A stretch of 32,000 nt of DNA from an uncultured Chloroflexia bacterium (GCA_963704755.1 OY969938.1:1350001-1382000), one strand, 5' to 3'. Positions 16,237-25,402 are shown, counted from the stretch's first letter. The notes: generated from the sequence alone by a model not told the origin. Translations and numbers: made by a program.

Positions 16237-17172
16237 TTAATCGATTTCCTGGCTTACCCTGGCCAACGAGCGGATCGTCTCGGCCGTACCGTCGCCCATC
16301 TGCCGGTAAAAACGCTGCAAACCTTCCGCCACGCCCGGTGCGGGTTCGCCCAAGGTCCGGGCAAGCTTATCGGTGCGCATACGCAGGTTGGGCGAACGCC
16401 TGGCAACCAGCCCGCTCTCCAAGACCCTGACCGGCTGTACGCGGGCCGGGTCAAACCCGAAAATTTCAGCGATCCGGCAGCCGAAGTCGTATTTGCTCAA
16501 ACAATCCCGGCTGAGGACGTGATAAATCCCTTGCACGTCCAGCTCAACCAGGCGCAGCAAGGTCTCGCCTAACTGGGTCACTTCCAGCGGGCAAAAGAAC
16601 ACATCGGTAAAGCCCCTAACCGGCAAATTTTCGGAAAAAGAGCGGTAAAAATATTCGCTCAGACTGCGCCGGCCGGTCAAACTCCAGCCATAAAAATTGA
16701 CCCGGGCGACCAACGCCCGCGGGCAGGCCGCCAGGACCTTTTCTTCAGCCGCCAGTTTGCTGTTTGCATACACGCCCAATGGATTGGGCCGGTCCTCTTC
16801 GCTATAATTTCCCCGGGCGCCGTCAAAGACGGCATCGGTGGAGATGTGCACCAGCTTGAATCCATCCCGGGCAGCCCGTTCGGCCAGCCGCTGCGGCGCC
16901 AGGGTATTGATCTGCCAGGCCAGCTCCGGCTGGCTTTCGCAGGCATCGATGTTGGCCAGGGCCGCGCAGTGTAAAACGACCTCGGGCTCGGCCTGGTCGA
17001 TCAGCTTATCCAGCGCTTCTGGTTGGGCCAGGTCGGCCTGGACAAACGCAAAAGGTGCTTTCTGCAAGGAATTGTGGTTGACCACACCGGTCACCGTATG
17101 CCGGCGGTAATACATCATAGCAAAATTCAAGCCCAGCAGTCCGCTGGCGCCGGTGACCAGAATGCGGGTCAT
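16237..17172 (-). CDS. RmlD-like (dTDP-4-dehydrorhamnose-reductase family) NAD(P)-dependent sugar-nucleotide reductase
   Basis: Has ILVTGASGLLG, then HCAALANIDACE and VHISTDAVFDG, typical of the RmlD substrate-binding family. I place the start at the ATG at 17172, which overlaps the pseB stop (ATGA). The track start at 17244 would overlap pseB by 76 nt. Confidence 0.8.
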   Translation of the reverse strand: MTRILVTGASGLLGLNFAMMYYRRHTVTGVVNHNSLQKAPFAFVQADLAQPEALDKLIDQAEPEVVLHCAALANIDACESQPELAWQINTLAPQRLAERAARDGFKLVHISTDAVFDGARGNYSEEDRPNPLGVYANSKLAAEEKVLAACPRALVARVNFYGWSLTGRRSLSEYFYRSFSENLPVRGFTDVFFCPLEVTQLGETLLRLVELDVQGIYHVLSRDCLSKYDFGCRIAEIFGFDPARVQPVRVLESGLVARRSPNLRMRTDKLARTLGEPAPGVAEGLQRFYRQMGDGTAETIRSLARVSQEID

Positions 17173-18185
17173 TCCAAAGTACCCTGTTTGTAGTCCTCTT
17201 CGATGGGATGGACGATCTCGCGGATTTTTTCCAAAGTCAACCATTCCTGGTTGGTATTGCTAGCATAGCGGAAGCCATCTTCCAGCGGTACGCCCTCATA
17301 GCGCAGGTCGCGCTGCCAGAGTGCCTGGGTAGGCGTAACGATATAACGATCAGGCAGTTCCACGGTGCTGCGTGCCTCATCTTCGGAGATCAGTACCTCG
17401 TGTAATTTTTCGCCTGGGCGGATGCCGATGGTTTCGATGTGGGCTTTAGGCGCAACCGCCTTGGCCAGGTCGACCACCTTCATGCTGGGAATTTTCGGCA
17501 CGAATACCTCGCCGCCCAACATTTGCTCGGTGCAGCCGATCACGAACCGCACACCCTGTTCCAACGAAATCCAAAAGCGGGTCATGCGGTCATCGGTGAC
17601 GGTGATCGAACCCGATTCGCGTTGTTTAAGGAAGACCGGTACCACACTCCCTCGGCTGCCAACCACGTTGCCATAACGGACGCAGCTAAAGCGGGTGGCC
17701 GTTCCACCGGCGTAGCTGTTCGATTGGACAAATAACTTTTCGGCCGCCAGCTTGGTCGCCCCGTACAGGTTGATCGGGTTGACCGCTTTATCCGTGCTCA
17801 AGGCGATCACTTTGGTCACCCCGGCATCCAGAGCCGCTTCGATGACGTTGCTGGAGCCCAGGATATTGGTCTTGATCGCTTCCATCGGATTGTATTCGCA
17901 GGCCGGCACCTGTTTGAGCGCCGCCGCGTGGACCACAATGTCCACCCCGTGAAAAGCCCGGCGCAGGCGCTGCTGGTCGCGTACATCACCGATAAAATAA
18001 CGCAGGCTCTTGTCGTCGTAGCCGGCCTGGCGCATCTCGTGCTGCTTGAGTTCGTCCCGGGACAAAACGATGATCTTCGCCGGTCGGTATTCTTCCAGCA
18101 TTACCTTGATGAATTTCTTTCCGAAGGAACCCGTTCCTCCGGTAACAAGGACAACTTTATCGCTCCAATCCATCCTGTTCTCCAT
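17169..18185 (-). CDS. pseB: UDP-N-acetylglucosamine 4,6-dehydratase (inverting), PseB/FlaA1 type
   Basis: 338 aa. Collinear with my recollection of Helicobacter FlaA1/PseB: VLVTGGTGSFGKKF, LSRDELKQHEM, FIGDVRD, AAALKQVP, EYNP, IKTNI, LSTDKAVNPINLYGATKL, RYGNVVGSRGSVVP, MTRFWI, GGEVFVPKIPSMK and GIRPGEKLHE. An alternative ATG at 18173 has a GGAG RBS. Confidence 0.9.
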   Translation of the reverse strand: MENRMDWSDKVVLVTGGTGSFGKKFIKVMLEEYRPAKIIVLSRDELKQHEMRQAGYDDKSLRYFIGDVRDQQRLRRAFHGVDIVVHAAALKQVPACEYNPMEAIKTNILGSSNVIEAALDAGVTKVIALSTDKAVNPINLYGATKLAAEKLFVQSNSYAGGTATRFSCVRYGNVVGSRGSVVPVFLKQRESGSITVTDDRMTRFWISLEQGVRFVIGCTEQMLGGEVFVPKIPSMKVVDLAKAVAPKAHIETIGIRPGEKLHEVLISEDEARSTVELPDRYIVTPTQALWQRDLRYEGVPLEDGFRYASNTNQEWLTLEKIREIVHPIEEDYKQGTLE

Positions 18186-18296
18186 TACCCCATCCTAGCG
18201 GGGAAAAATTTTTCTTCCGTAAAAGTTTACTAACCGGCCAGTCTATGAAGCCAAACCACCTGCGATGCAGGCATTCCCACTGGATAGAATCACCGA

Positions 18297-19166
18297 TTAA
18301 GGCTTTCGTACCACGATCAGAGGGTACTGGCCCTTTTCACCATAATAATGTGGGAAGCGCTCTTCCAGTCTGTACAGCAGGCGCAGCCAGTACCTGCCGC
18401 CCAGGGCCGTATGAAATACCGCCCGCGAAAACCGTACGCTGATGCTGCGCCAGACCAGGATGTCCACATCCAGGTCGGCCAGCTCTTGCCTCAACCGGCC
18501 GGCGTTGAGTTTTTCGACAAAGGTGCCGGTCGGGTCCTTGGCGGCCGGGCCGCCATAGGAGTCCGCTTTTTCTGTCACAGGTTTGGCTTTGGCCGGGTGG
18601 CGCAGGCTGTTTACCAGCTTTCCAAGCCAGGCCATCGCATTCTCCAGCCACTTCCAGCGGTTCATCAGGGCCGATTCGGTCCAGCCGTTAACGACCACCG
18701 CTTGCGAGCCGGGGGCCAACGAGCGATAGATTCCACGGTAAGCCGGCCATTGGTCCTCCAGCGGCAGGTGGTGCAGTGTGTGCAGCGAAACTACTCCGTC
18801 GAAGGCGTTCGACTTGAACGGCAGGTTGGCCACGTCGGCCACCACGTACAGGCCATGCTGACCCAGGCGCTTGCGCGCCTCCTGCAGGGCCACAATCGAA
18901 ATATCTGCACAGACCCGGTAGTCATACCCTTCCGAAAAGGTCAAATACTCTGCATACTGGACCGGCCCAGAACCGGCGTCCAGCAAAAAGCGACCCGTGG
19001 GTTTAAGATGTCTCTTTACCCGCAGATGGCATTTATGGATGTATTCCCGCGCCACCGGGCGCAAATCTTCGTAACGGGCATTCTGGTACTGGCCCTGGCC
19101 GACTAACTGCCAGCCAACCTGGTCATAGAACCTGCGTACCCGTTCCTTAACGTCAACCTCTCCCAT
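18297..19166 (-). CDS. class I SAM-dependent methyltransferase
   Basis: LLDAGSGPVQY (motif I) and AFDGVVSLHTLHHL (Methyltransf_11-like). I place the start at the ATG at 19166 (MGEVDVKERV), preceded by GAGGTAGAGGTG. The longer track start would overlap the upstream gene. Confidence 0.8.
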   Translation of the reverse strand: MGEVDVKERVRRFYDQVGWQLVGQGQYQNARYEDLRPVAREYIHKCHLRVKRHLKPTGRFLLDAGSGPVQYAEYLTFSEGYDYRVCADISIVALQEARKRLGQHGLYVVADVANLPFKSNAFDGVVSLHTLHHLPLEDQWPAYRGIYRSLAPGSQAVVVNGWTESALMNRWKWLENAMAWLGKLVNSLRHPAKAKPVTEKADSYGGPAAKDPTGTFVEKLNAGRLRQELADLDVDILVWRSISVRFSRAVFHTALGGRYWLRLLYRLEERFPHYYGEKGQYPLIVVRKP

Positions 19167-19180
19167 CCGCACCTCTACCT

Positions 19181-20818
19181 CTATTGAGTATTTACCCGCG
19201 TCCTGGTCCCATTCTCCTGCGAATAGGCCCAATCGAAGGGCTCGCCCACAAGATAGCGGAAAGTGCGCTCGTACATGCCCTTATGCTCGCTGGTCAGCAC
19301 CGCGGCCAGGGGGTGGGTTTTGTAATCTTCCCAGGCCCTTACCAGGTGCCAGGGGAAATTCTGGGGGTAATCGAAGAAAAAGCGGTAGGCGTAATTCCAG
19401 GCGCTCTCCACTTCGTTCTTTTTCAGGCGAAAATCCGCCGGGTTTTCCAGAATCGATCCGAGCAATTTAAAATAGGATACCCACGAATCGGGATCAAAGG
19501 TGAAGCCGCGGTCGCGGTAGTGGGTCTGCCCGGAAACGACCACCGGAACGCCGTTCATGGCCATTTCCATGCCTACCGTGGTGGTGTACACCAACCCCAG
19601 GTCGGCCACATCGATCAAATCGTAGGTATTAATTTCGTCCTGGGCGCGGATGAGGCGGATGTTATCCGGCAGACGCGGCAGGGCTTCCAACACCACATCG
19701 GCCATCGACTGGCCGTGGGTCAGCACTTCCCCCGGGTGGATACGGATCACCAACTGGATGTCCGGGCGGCCTATGAAATACTGCACGGTCCGGCTGATCC
19801 ATTCCGCCATACTCTTCGAAAAGACCTGCCGGCCCAGGGTCAGGCTGTCGCCCAACACGTTGGTTGCCAATAATACCATCGGGCGTTTATCCAGCCCGAG
19901 TTTTGCCCGGGCCTGTTCGCCGCCTTCGGCCGGGATACCCTGCCATAGGCGGGCAAAGTTTTCCCACATCGAGCCGCGCTGGCGGGCCACCATCAGGCTG
20001 TGCATCCGCTCCAATTGCTCATCATTCAAGGGCTGTTCACGGAAGGCTTTCCACAAGCCATCGGTATCCTGGCGCATAACCTCGCTGTTCTGGGCAATCC
20101 AGATGCGTTGGCGCTGGTCGCTGAATTCATAAGTGACGGTAGGGATCTTCAAATAACGTGCTACCCGGTAAACCACACCCAGTTCCTGGATGGTCCCATT
20201 CGGAACAATGACCACATCCGGCTGGCTCTGGCGCAAATAAGCCAGGGTAGATTGGGCGATATCCCGGTTGCGGTTGAGCCGCAATTTATAGACCGCATCC
20301 TCCGGATCGAAATCTTCCTTCTGCAAGGTGTATTGGGTATCGTAAGTGGATACTTCCTGGACAGCCTGGACGAGTTCTTTGGGTAATGGAATATAAGGGG
20401 CGCGGACACTCAAAAAAGAAATCGAATCGAAAGCCGGCCGGCCAAGTTCGAGCACACGGCGGGCGTAGGCGTTTTGCCGGCGCAGATCGAAGCGGTTGAT
20501 CTCGCTCTGCCAGTCAGCGTATGGCAAATAGCCCAGGATCACCTTATGTCCCTGGGCACCTAATGCGGCTGAAAGAAGAGCGGCGTGCTCGATCCAATAA
20601 TGCAGCGTGGCAAAAACAAATACTTTCTTGCCCTCAGGCGCGTCCTTGGCAATCTCGACGGCCTGCCGGGAAATTTCCGGCAGCTCTTCCTGTAAGTTAC
20701 GCAAAGAAAACCGGCTGCGCAGTGGCTTATTCCGCTGGCGGGCCAGATAATATAATTCTGCTGTAAATGGGATCCCTCCCAACATTCGCTTTATTGCTTC
20801 TTTTCCCGAGGGTGCCAT
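19181..20818 (-). CDS. capsule-biosynthesis-like protein (KpsS/KpsC 'Capsule_synth'-like GT-B with an HP motif)
   Basis: 545 aa. QLVIRIHPGE is followed by YDLIDVADLGLVYTTTVGMEMAMNGVPVVV. The overall layout resembles KpsS/KpsC-type CMP-sugar transferases. Starts 1 nt after the Wzt stop. Confidence 0.6.
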   Translation of the reverse strand: MAPSGKEAIKRMLGGIPFTAELYYLARQRNKPLRSRFSLRNLQEELPEISRQAVEIAKDAPEGKKVFVFATLHYWIEHAALLSAALGAQGHKVILGYLPYADWQSEINRFDLRRQNAYARRVLELGRPAFDSISFLSVRAPYIPLPKELVQAVQEVSTYDTQYTLQKEDFDPEDAVYKLRLNRNRDIAQSTLAYLRQSQPDVVIVPNGTIQELGVVYRVARYLKIPTVTYEFSDQRQRIWIAQNSEVMRQDTDGLWKAFREQPLNDEQLERMHSLMVARQRGSMWENFARLWQGIPAEGGEQARAKLGLDKRPMVLLATNVLGDSLTLGRQVFSKSMAEWISRTVQYFIGRPDIQLVIRIHPGEVLTHGQSMADVVLEALPRLPDNIRLIRAQDEINTYDLIDVADLGLVYTTTVGMEMAMNGVPVVVSGQTHYRDRGFTFDPDSWVSYFKLLGSILENPADFRLKKNEVESAWNYAYRFFFDYPQNFPWHLVRAWEDYKTHPLAAVLTSEHKGMYERTFRYLVGEPFDWAYSQENGTRTRVNTQ

Positions 20819-20819
20819 G

Positions 20820-22073
20820 TTAAATTGCCTCTATTTTCCAATCCAATCGCGGCCTTACCGCTCCCAGGCGCGGTTCGGGCCATTGCATCCCCGGCGCACC
20901 GGCCGGGTCCACGGTAAAGACCAATGCCTGCTCATCCTGGAAATAGCGTTTTATGCGATATGAGCTGGCATTAATACCAATGACGAACCGGCCTTCATTG
21001 AGCAGGTTTGCCGGTAGGCTGCAGCGGCTAATGTAATGGCCGGGTTGGCGCACGGCCATTTTCTCATAAATACACGGCTCGTCGGTATCGAAAGACGTAA
21101 AAACGTATTCGCCACGGGTACTCATCAAATAAACTCCGACGCGCAGCCCGGCGATGGGTGCATTGACCCGGTATTCGATTTCCATGTAGTTATCTTCGAT
21201 CGACCGGATCGTATCCATTACCTTGCCCTGCCCGTTCAAAACACGCACAGCCAGGGGTTGGAAAGGATAAGCGCTGGCGGGCACTTCGTCTGCATCCCAG
21301 GTCCGTTGACCCTCTTGGGCAAAACCTTGCGAAAGGTAAAAATCGACTGCCTGGGGCGTCGGCGCGCGCAGGACCATGGTACCTTTATCGATCACCAGGG
21401 CCTCGTTGGTCAGGCGTAAAACCGCCGACATATTATGGCTGACGAACATTACCGTGCGGCCTTCGCGAGCCACATCGCCCATTTTGCCCAGGCATTTGCG
21501 CTGGAATTCCGCATCGCCGACCGCTAGCACCTCGTCCACCACCAGAATTTCCGGTTCCAGGTGGGCAGCCACTGAAAAAGCCAGACGCAGGTACATGCCG
21601 CTGGAATAGCGTTTGACCGGGGTATCGATGAACTGTTCCACCTCAGAAAAAGCGACAATTTCGTCGAACTTTCGCTCGATCTCGGTGCGCTTCATCCCCA
21701 AAATGGCTCCATTGAGGTAAATATTCTCACGGCCGGTCAATTCCGGGTGAAACCCGGTGCCAACTTCCAGCAGCGATCCAACCCTGCCATGGATTTCCGC
21801 CTCCCCTTCGGTCGGTTCGGTAATGCGGGAAAGCAACTTCAACAAAGTACTTTTACCGGCACCGTTCCGGCCAATCACGCCAAGGACCTGGCCTTGCTGG
21901 ACATCGAAGGAAACATTGCGCAGCGCCCAAATATGGTCAGCTTTCGAGTGATGGTCGCCGCCGTGGAATATCCCGGCAATGTTATCCCGCAAGGTATGGT
22001 AACGCTGCTCGTAGAGCGCACCGATTCGATATTGTTTTCCTATATTCGAGACCCGTAGGGCAATATCGCTCAT
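20820..22073 (-). CDS. wzt: polysaccharide ABC exporter ATP-binding protein (Wzt/TagH/KpsT type) with an extra C-terminal domain of about 170 aa
   Basis: Walker A (GRNGAGKST), the TagH/Wzt-typical GFHPELTGRENIYLNG, the signature YSSGM and Walker B (ILVVDE). Residues from about 250 to 417 lie beyond the NBD and are beta-rich, like Wzt_C. ATGA overlap with wzm. Confidence 0.9.
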   Translation of the reverse strand: MSDIALRVSNIGKQYRIGALYEQRYHTLRDNIAGIFHGGDHHSKADHIWALRNVSFDVQQGQVLGVIGRNGAGKSTLLKLLSRITEPTEGEAEIHGRVGSLLEVGTGFHPELTGRENIYLNGAILGMKRTEIERKFDEIVAFSEVEQFIDTPVKRYSSGMYLRLAFSVAAHLEPEILVVDEVLAVGDAEFQRKCLGKMGDVAREGRTVMFVSHNMSAVLRLTNEALVIDKGTMVLRAPTPQAVDFYLSQGFAQEGQRTWDADEVPASAYPFQPLAVRVLNGQGKVMDTIRSIEDNYMEIEYRVNAPIAGLRVGVYLMSTRGEYVFTSFDTDEPCIYEKMAVRQPGHYISRCSLPANLLNEGRFVIGINASSYRIKRYFQDEQALVFTVDPAGAPGMQWPEPRLGAVRPRLDWKIEAI

Positions 22074-22921
22074 ATCATATCCGCAAAGATGCGCTCCATC
22101 CGGCGGAAATAGAACAAACCGGATACAAACAGGACCAGGACCACGCCAACCGAAACCAGGGTTGTAGCGCCGGGCGGATTAGTGCCCAAAATAGCCCAGC
22201 GGAAGCCCTGGATCACACCAACCATCGGGTTGAGCGCGTAGATCCACTGCCAGATCTTGCCGGTATTGATCACACTGGCCGAATAAACCACCGGGGAAAT
22301 GTACATCCAGGCCGTCAGCACGAACGGCACCATTTGCTGCACGTCGCGGTACTGGACGTTTAACGCCGAAAGCCACAAACCAATCGCCAGGGCGGTCAAC
22401 AATGCCAGGAGCAAAAAGACCGGCAGCCATATCAAATGGATGCTGATCGGCATCTTGTAAAAGATGATCAGTGCCACCATGACGAAAAAGGAGAACACGA
22501 AGTCCACCAAACCGGCCGCGACCGCCGCGATAGGGATAATCAGCCGGGGGAAATACACCTTGGTGAGCAAGTTGGCGTTGGTCACCAGGCTGATGCTGGC
22601 CCGCTGCGCAGCAGACTGAAAAAACTGCCAGGGCAGCAAACCGGCAAAACTAAAAATTGGATACAGATCAGCCGGGATACCTGGATCAGGTTGGACATTC
22701 AACAGTTTATTGAAGATCACTGTAAAAATGACCATGCTGAAAACCGGCTGTAAAATGGCCCAACCAATACCCAGAACGGCCTGCTTATAACGAACTTTGA
22801 TGTCTCGCCAGGTAAGGAAATAAATCAGTTCGCGATATTTCCACAGGTCGCGCAGGTTAACAGATAACCACCCACGAGATGGGCGGATAAGGGTGATGTT
22901 TGATTCTGCGCGAACAGCCAT
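22070..22921 (-). CDS. wzm: ABC-2 type polysaccharide exporter permease (Wzm/TagG/KpsM type)
   Basis: 283 aa. Six hydrophobic segments. The N-terminal LWKYRELIYFLTWRDIKVRYKQAVLGIGWAILQP is the ABC-2 family signature. GGAG RBS. Confidence 0.9.
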   Translation of the reverse strand: MAVRAESNITLIRPSRGWLSVNLRDLWKYRELIYFLTWRDIKVRYKQAVLGIGWAILQPVFSMVIFTVIFNKLLNVQPDPGIPADLYPIFSFAGLLPWQFFQSAAQRASISLVTNANLLTKVYFPRLIIPIAAVAAGLVDFVFSFFVMVALIIFYKMPISIHLIWLPVFLLLALLTALAIGLWLSALNVQYRDVQQMVPFVLTAWMYISPVVYSASVINTGKIWQWIYALNPMVGVIQGFRWAILGTNPPGATTLVSVGVVLVLFVSGLFYFRRMERIFADMI

Positions 22922-22941
22922 TAATTGCTCCTACAGTTTGG

Positions 22942-24377
<1,436 letters not shown>

Positions 24378-24385
24378 AAGGATCC

Positions 24386-24406
24386 ATAATTCAATTGTTG
24401 AATTAT
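24386..24406. promoter_or_regulatory. candidate operator: perfect 9-bp inverted repeat ATAATTCAA-n3-TTGAATTAT
   Basis: Read directly from the sequence. It overlaps the -10 hexamer and the predicted transcription start, 9-29 nt upstream of the regulator's ATG. Confidence 0.55.
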
Positions 24407-24430
24407 AAACTTGCCCGGCGAATCGGTCAA
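24402..24430 (-). promoter_or_regulatory. sigma70-like promoter: TTGACC, 17 nt spacer, TATAAT
   Basis: Minus-strand reading is cccTTGACCgattcgccgggcaagttTATAATtcaacaattg. The -35 is at 24430-24425, the spacer is exactly 17 nt and the -10 is at 24407-24402. It lies just downstream of the terminator at 24567..24604 and upstream of the first gene of the long cluster. Confidence 0.6.
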
Positions 24431-24566
24431 GGGCGATAACCCGGCAGGAGGAGCGCAGAGCAGCGCAGTAGAGTTAACACTTCATTAAATCAGTTTTAAT
24501 GCAGGAGAGATCAGCGGCGGATCACCCCGGACGAACCGGTTATTAACAATTTCCACCCAAAACGAC

Positions 24567-24604
24567 AATGGGGATTTGCCCTGGCTGGAGGGCAAATCCC
24601 CATT
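24567..24604 (-). terminator. rho-independent-type terminator hairpin with a perfect 16-bp stem (aatggggatttgccct / agggcaaatccccatt) and a 6-nt loop
   Basis: Lies 34 nt downstream of the stop of 24638..25120. On the minus strand it is followed by GTCGTTTTGGG, which is only a modest T tract. Confidence 0.6.
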
Positions 24605-24637
24605 TGAAACCAATTAATAATGCGTCCCAAAAAACGA

Positions 24638-25120
24638 TCAGGCGCTGATATCGATCATGTTACCCGATTGCATCAACCCTGCGTTCGTCAACTGCGAGAT
24701 CAGGTTTGTTTCCTGATCGGACGACAGGCTGGACAGGTCATACTGGTCGAGAATAGATTGCAACGATTGTAAGGCCGAGACGTTTACACCTGACGAAGAT
24801 GAAGAGGAAGACGAAGATGGCGGTGGACCACCGGCGCCCTGTGGAGGCTGATCGGGCATGCCCAGGGAGCGTAATTCGTCCGCATCGAAACCTGCGTCGG
24901 TAATCGCTTCCTTCATCCCCTTGGAGGGGCGAATGCCCGCATCGCGGAACTGCTCGAAGATCGATTTAGCGTCATCAGCCGTGATGTTATCCGGATCGTA
25001 CTGCGACAAAATGTCACTGATCGTCGATTTCTGATCGTCGGTCAGCGTCGCAGACTGCATGCTGGACATCATCCCACTCATAGAACCCAAACCGGAAATG
25101 CTATCAACCATAATTTTCAA
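24638..25120 (-). CDS. hypothetical protein with an internal duplication and a poly-Ser/Pro linker
   Basis: 160 aa. AAGGAG RBS 8 nt upstream. The modules ISDILSQYDPDNITADDAKSIFEQFRDAGI and LQSILDQYDLSSLSSDQETNLISQLTNAGL are separated by PPQGAGGPPPSSSSSSSSS. Met/Ser-rich N-terminus with no obvious signal peptide. Confidence 0.7.
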   Translation of the reverse strand: MKIMVDSISGLGSMSGMMSSMQSATLTDDQKSTISDILSQYDPDNITADDAKSIFEQFRDAGIRPSKGMKEAITDAGFDADELRSLGMPDQPPQGAGGPPPSSSSSSSSSGVNVSALQSLQSILDQYDLSSLSSDQETNLISQLTNAGLMQSGNMIDISA

Positions 25121-25152
25121 CTCCTTTTTAATTTATTTTTGTGGAAATTTGA

Positions 25153-25160
25153 GGGGGGGG
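25153..25160. repeat. G8 homopolymer (C8 on the transcribed strand) in the leader of the 24638..25120 gene
   Basis: Read directly from the sequence. It lies 33-40 nt upstream of the ATG, between a TATAAT at 25187-25182 (minus strand) and the RBS. Confidence 0.9.
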
Positions 25161-25278
25161 TTATCGTCCTGAATGATCAAAATTATAGGAAGCACTTATT
25201 CAGATTTGATTTACCAGCCGTAAAATACGCGTGAATTTATTTAAAGATTTGAAATTGTTCAGCCCAATAAGTTAGATC

Positions 25279-25333
25279 TCCGAAATTCAGGTATATGCAA
25301 AGGCTTGGCCCTCGCATATACCTGAATTTCGGA
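25279..25333. other. perfect 20-bp stem hairpin (tccgaaattcaggtatatgc / gcatatacctgaatttcgga) with a 15-nt loop
   Basis: Read directly from the sequence. On the plus strand it is followed by AACTTTTTAA, which looks like a terminator. No plus-strand gene precedes it. Confidence 0.6.
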
Positions 25334-25402
25334 AACTTTTTAACGTGAGCCTGGGTAAATACGTTTTTTATTATTTTGTTTGCCGGGTGTGTGGCTTGCA
25401 AA

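Noticed and set aside
18186-18296. Internal promoter upstream of pseB.
   Set aside because: There are only weak hexamer matches (TTTACG ... TAGGAT) with a spacer that is too long. The evidence is not good enough to call.
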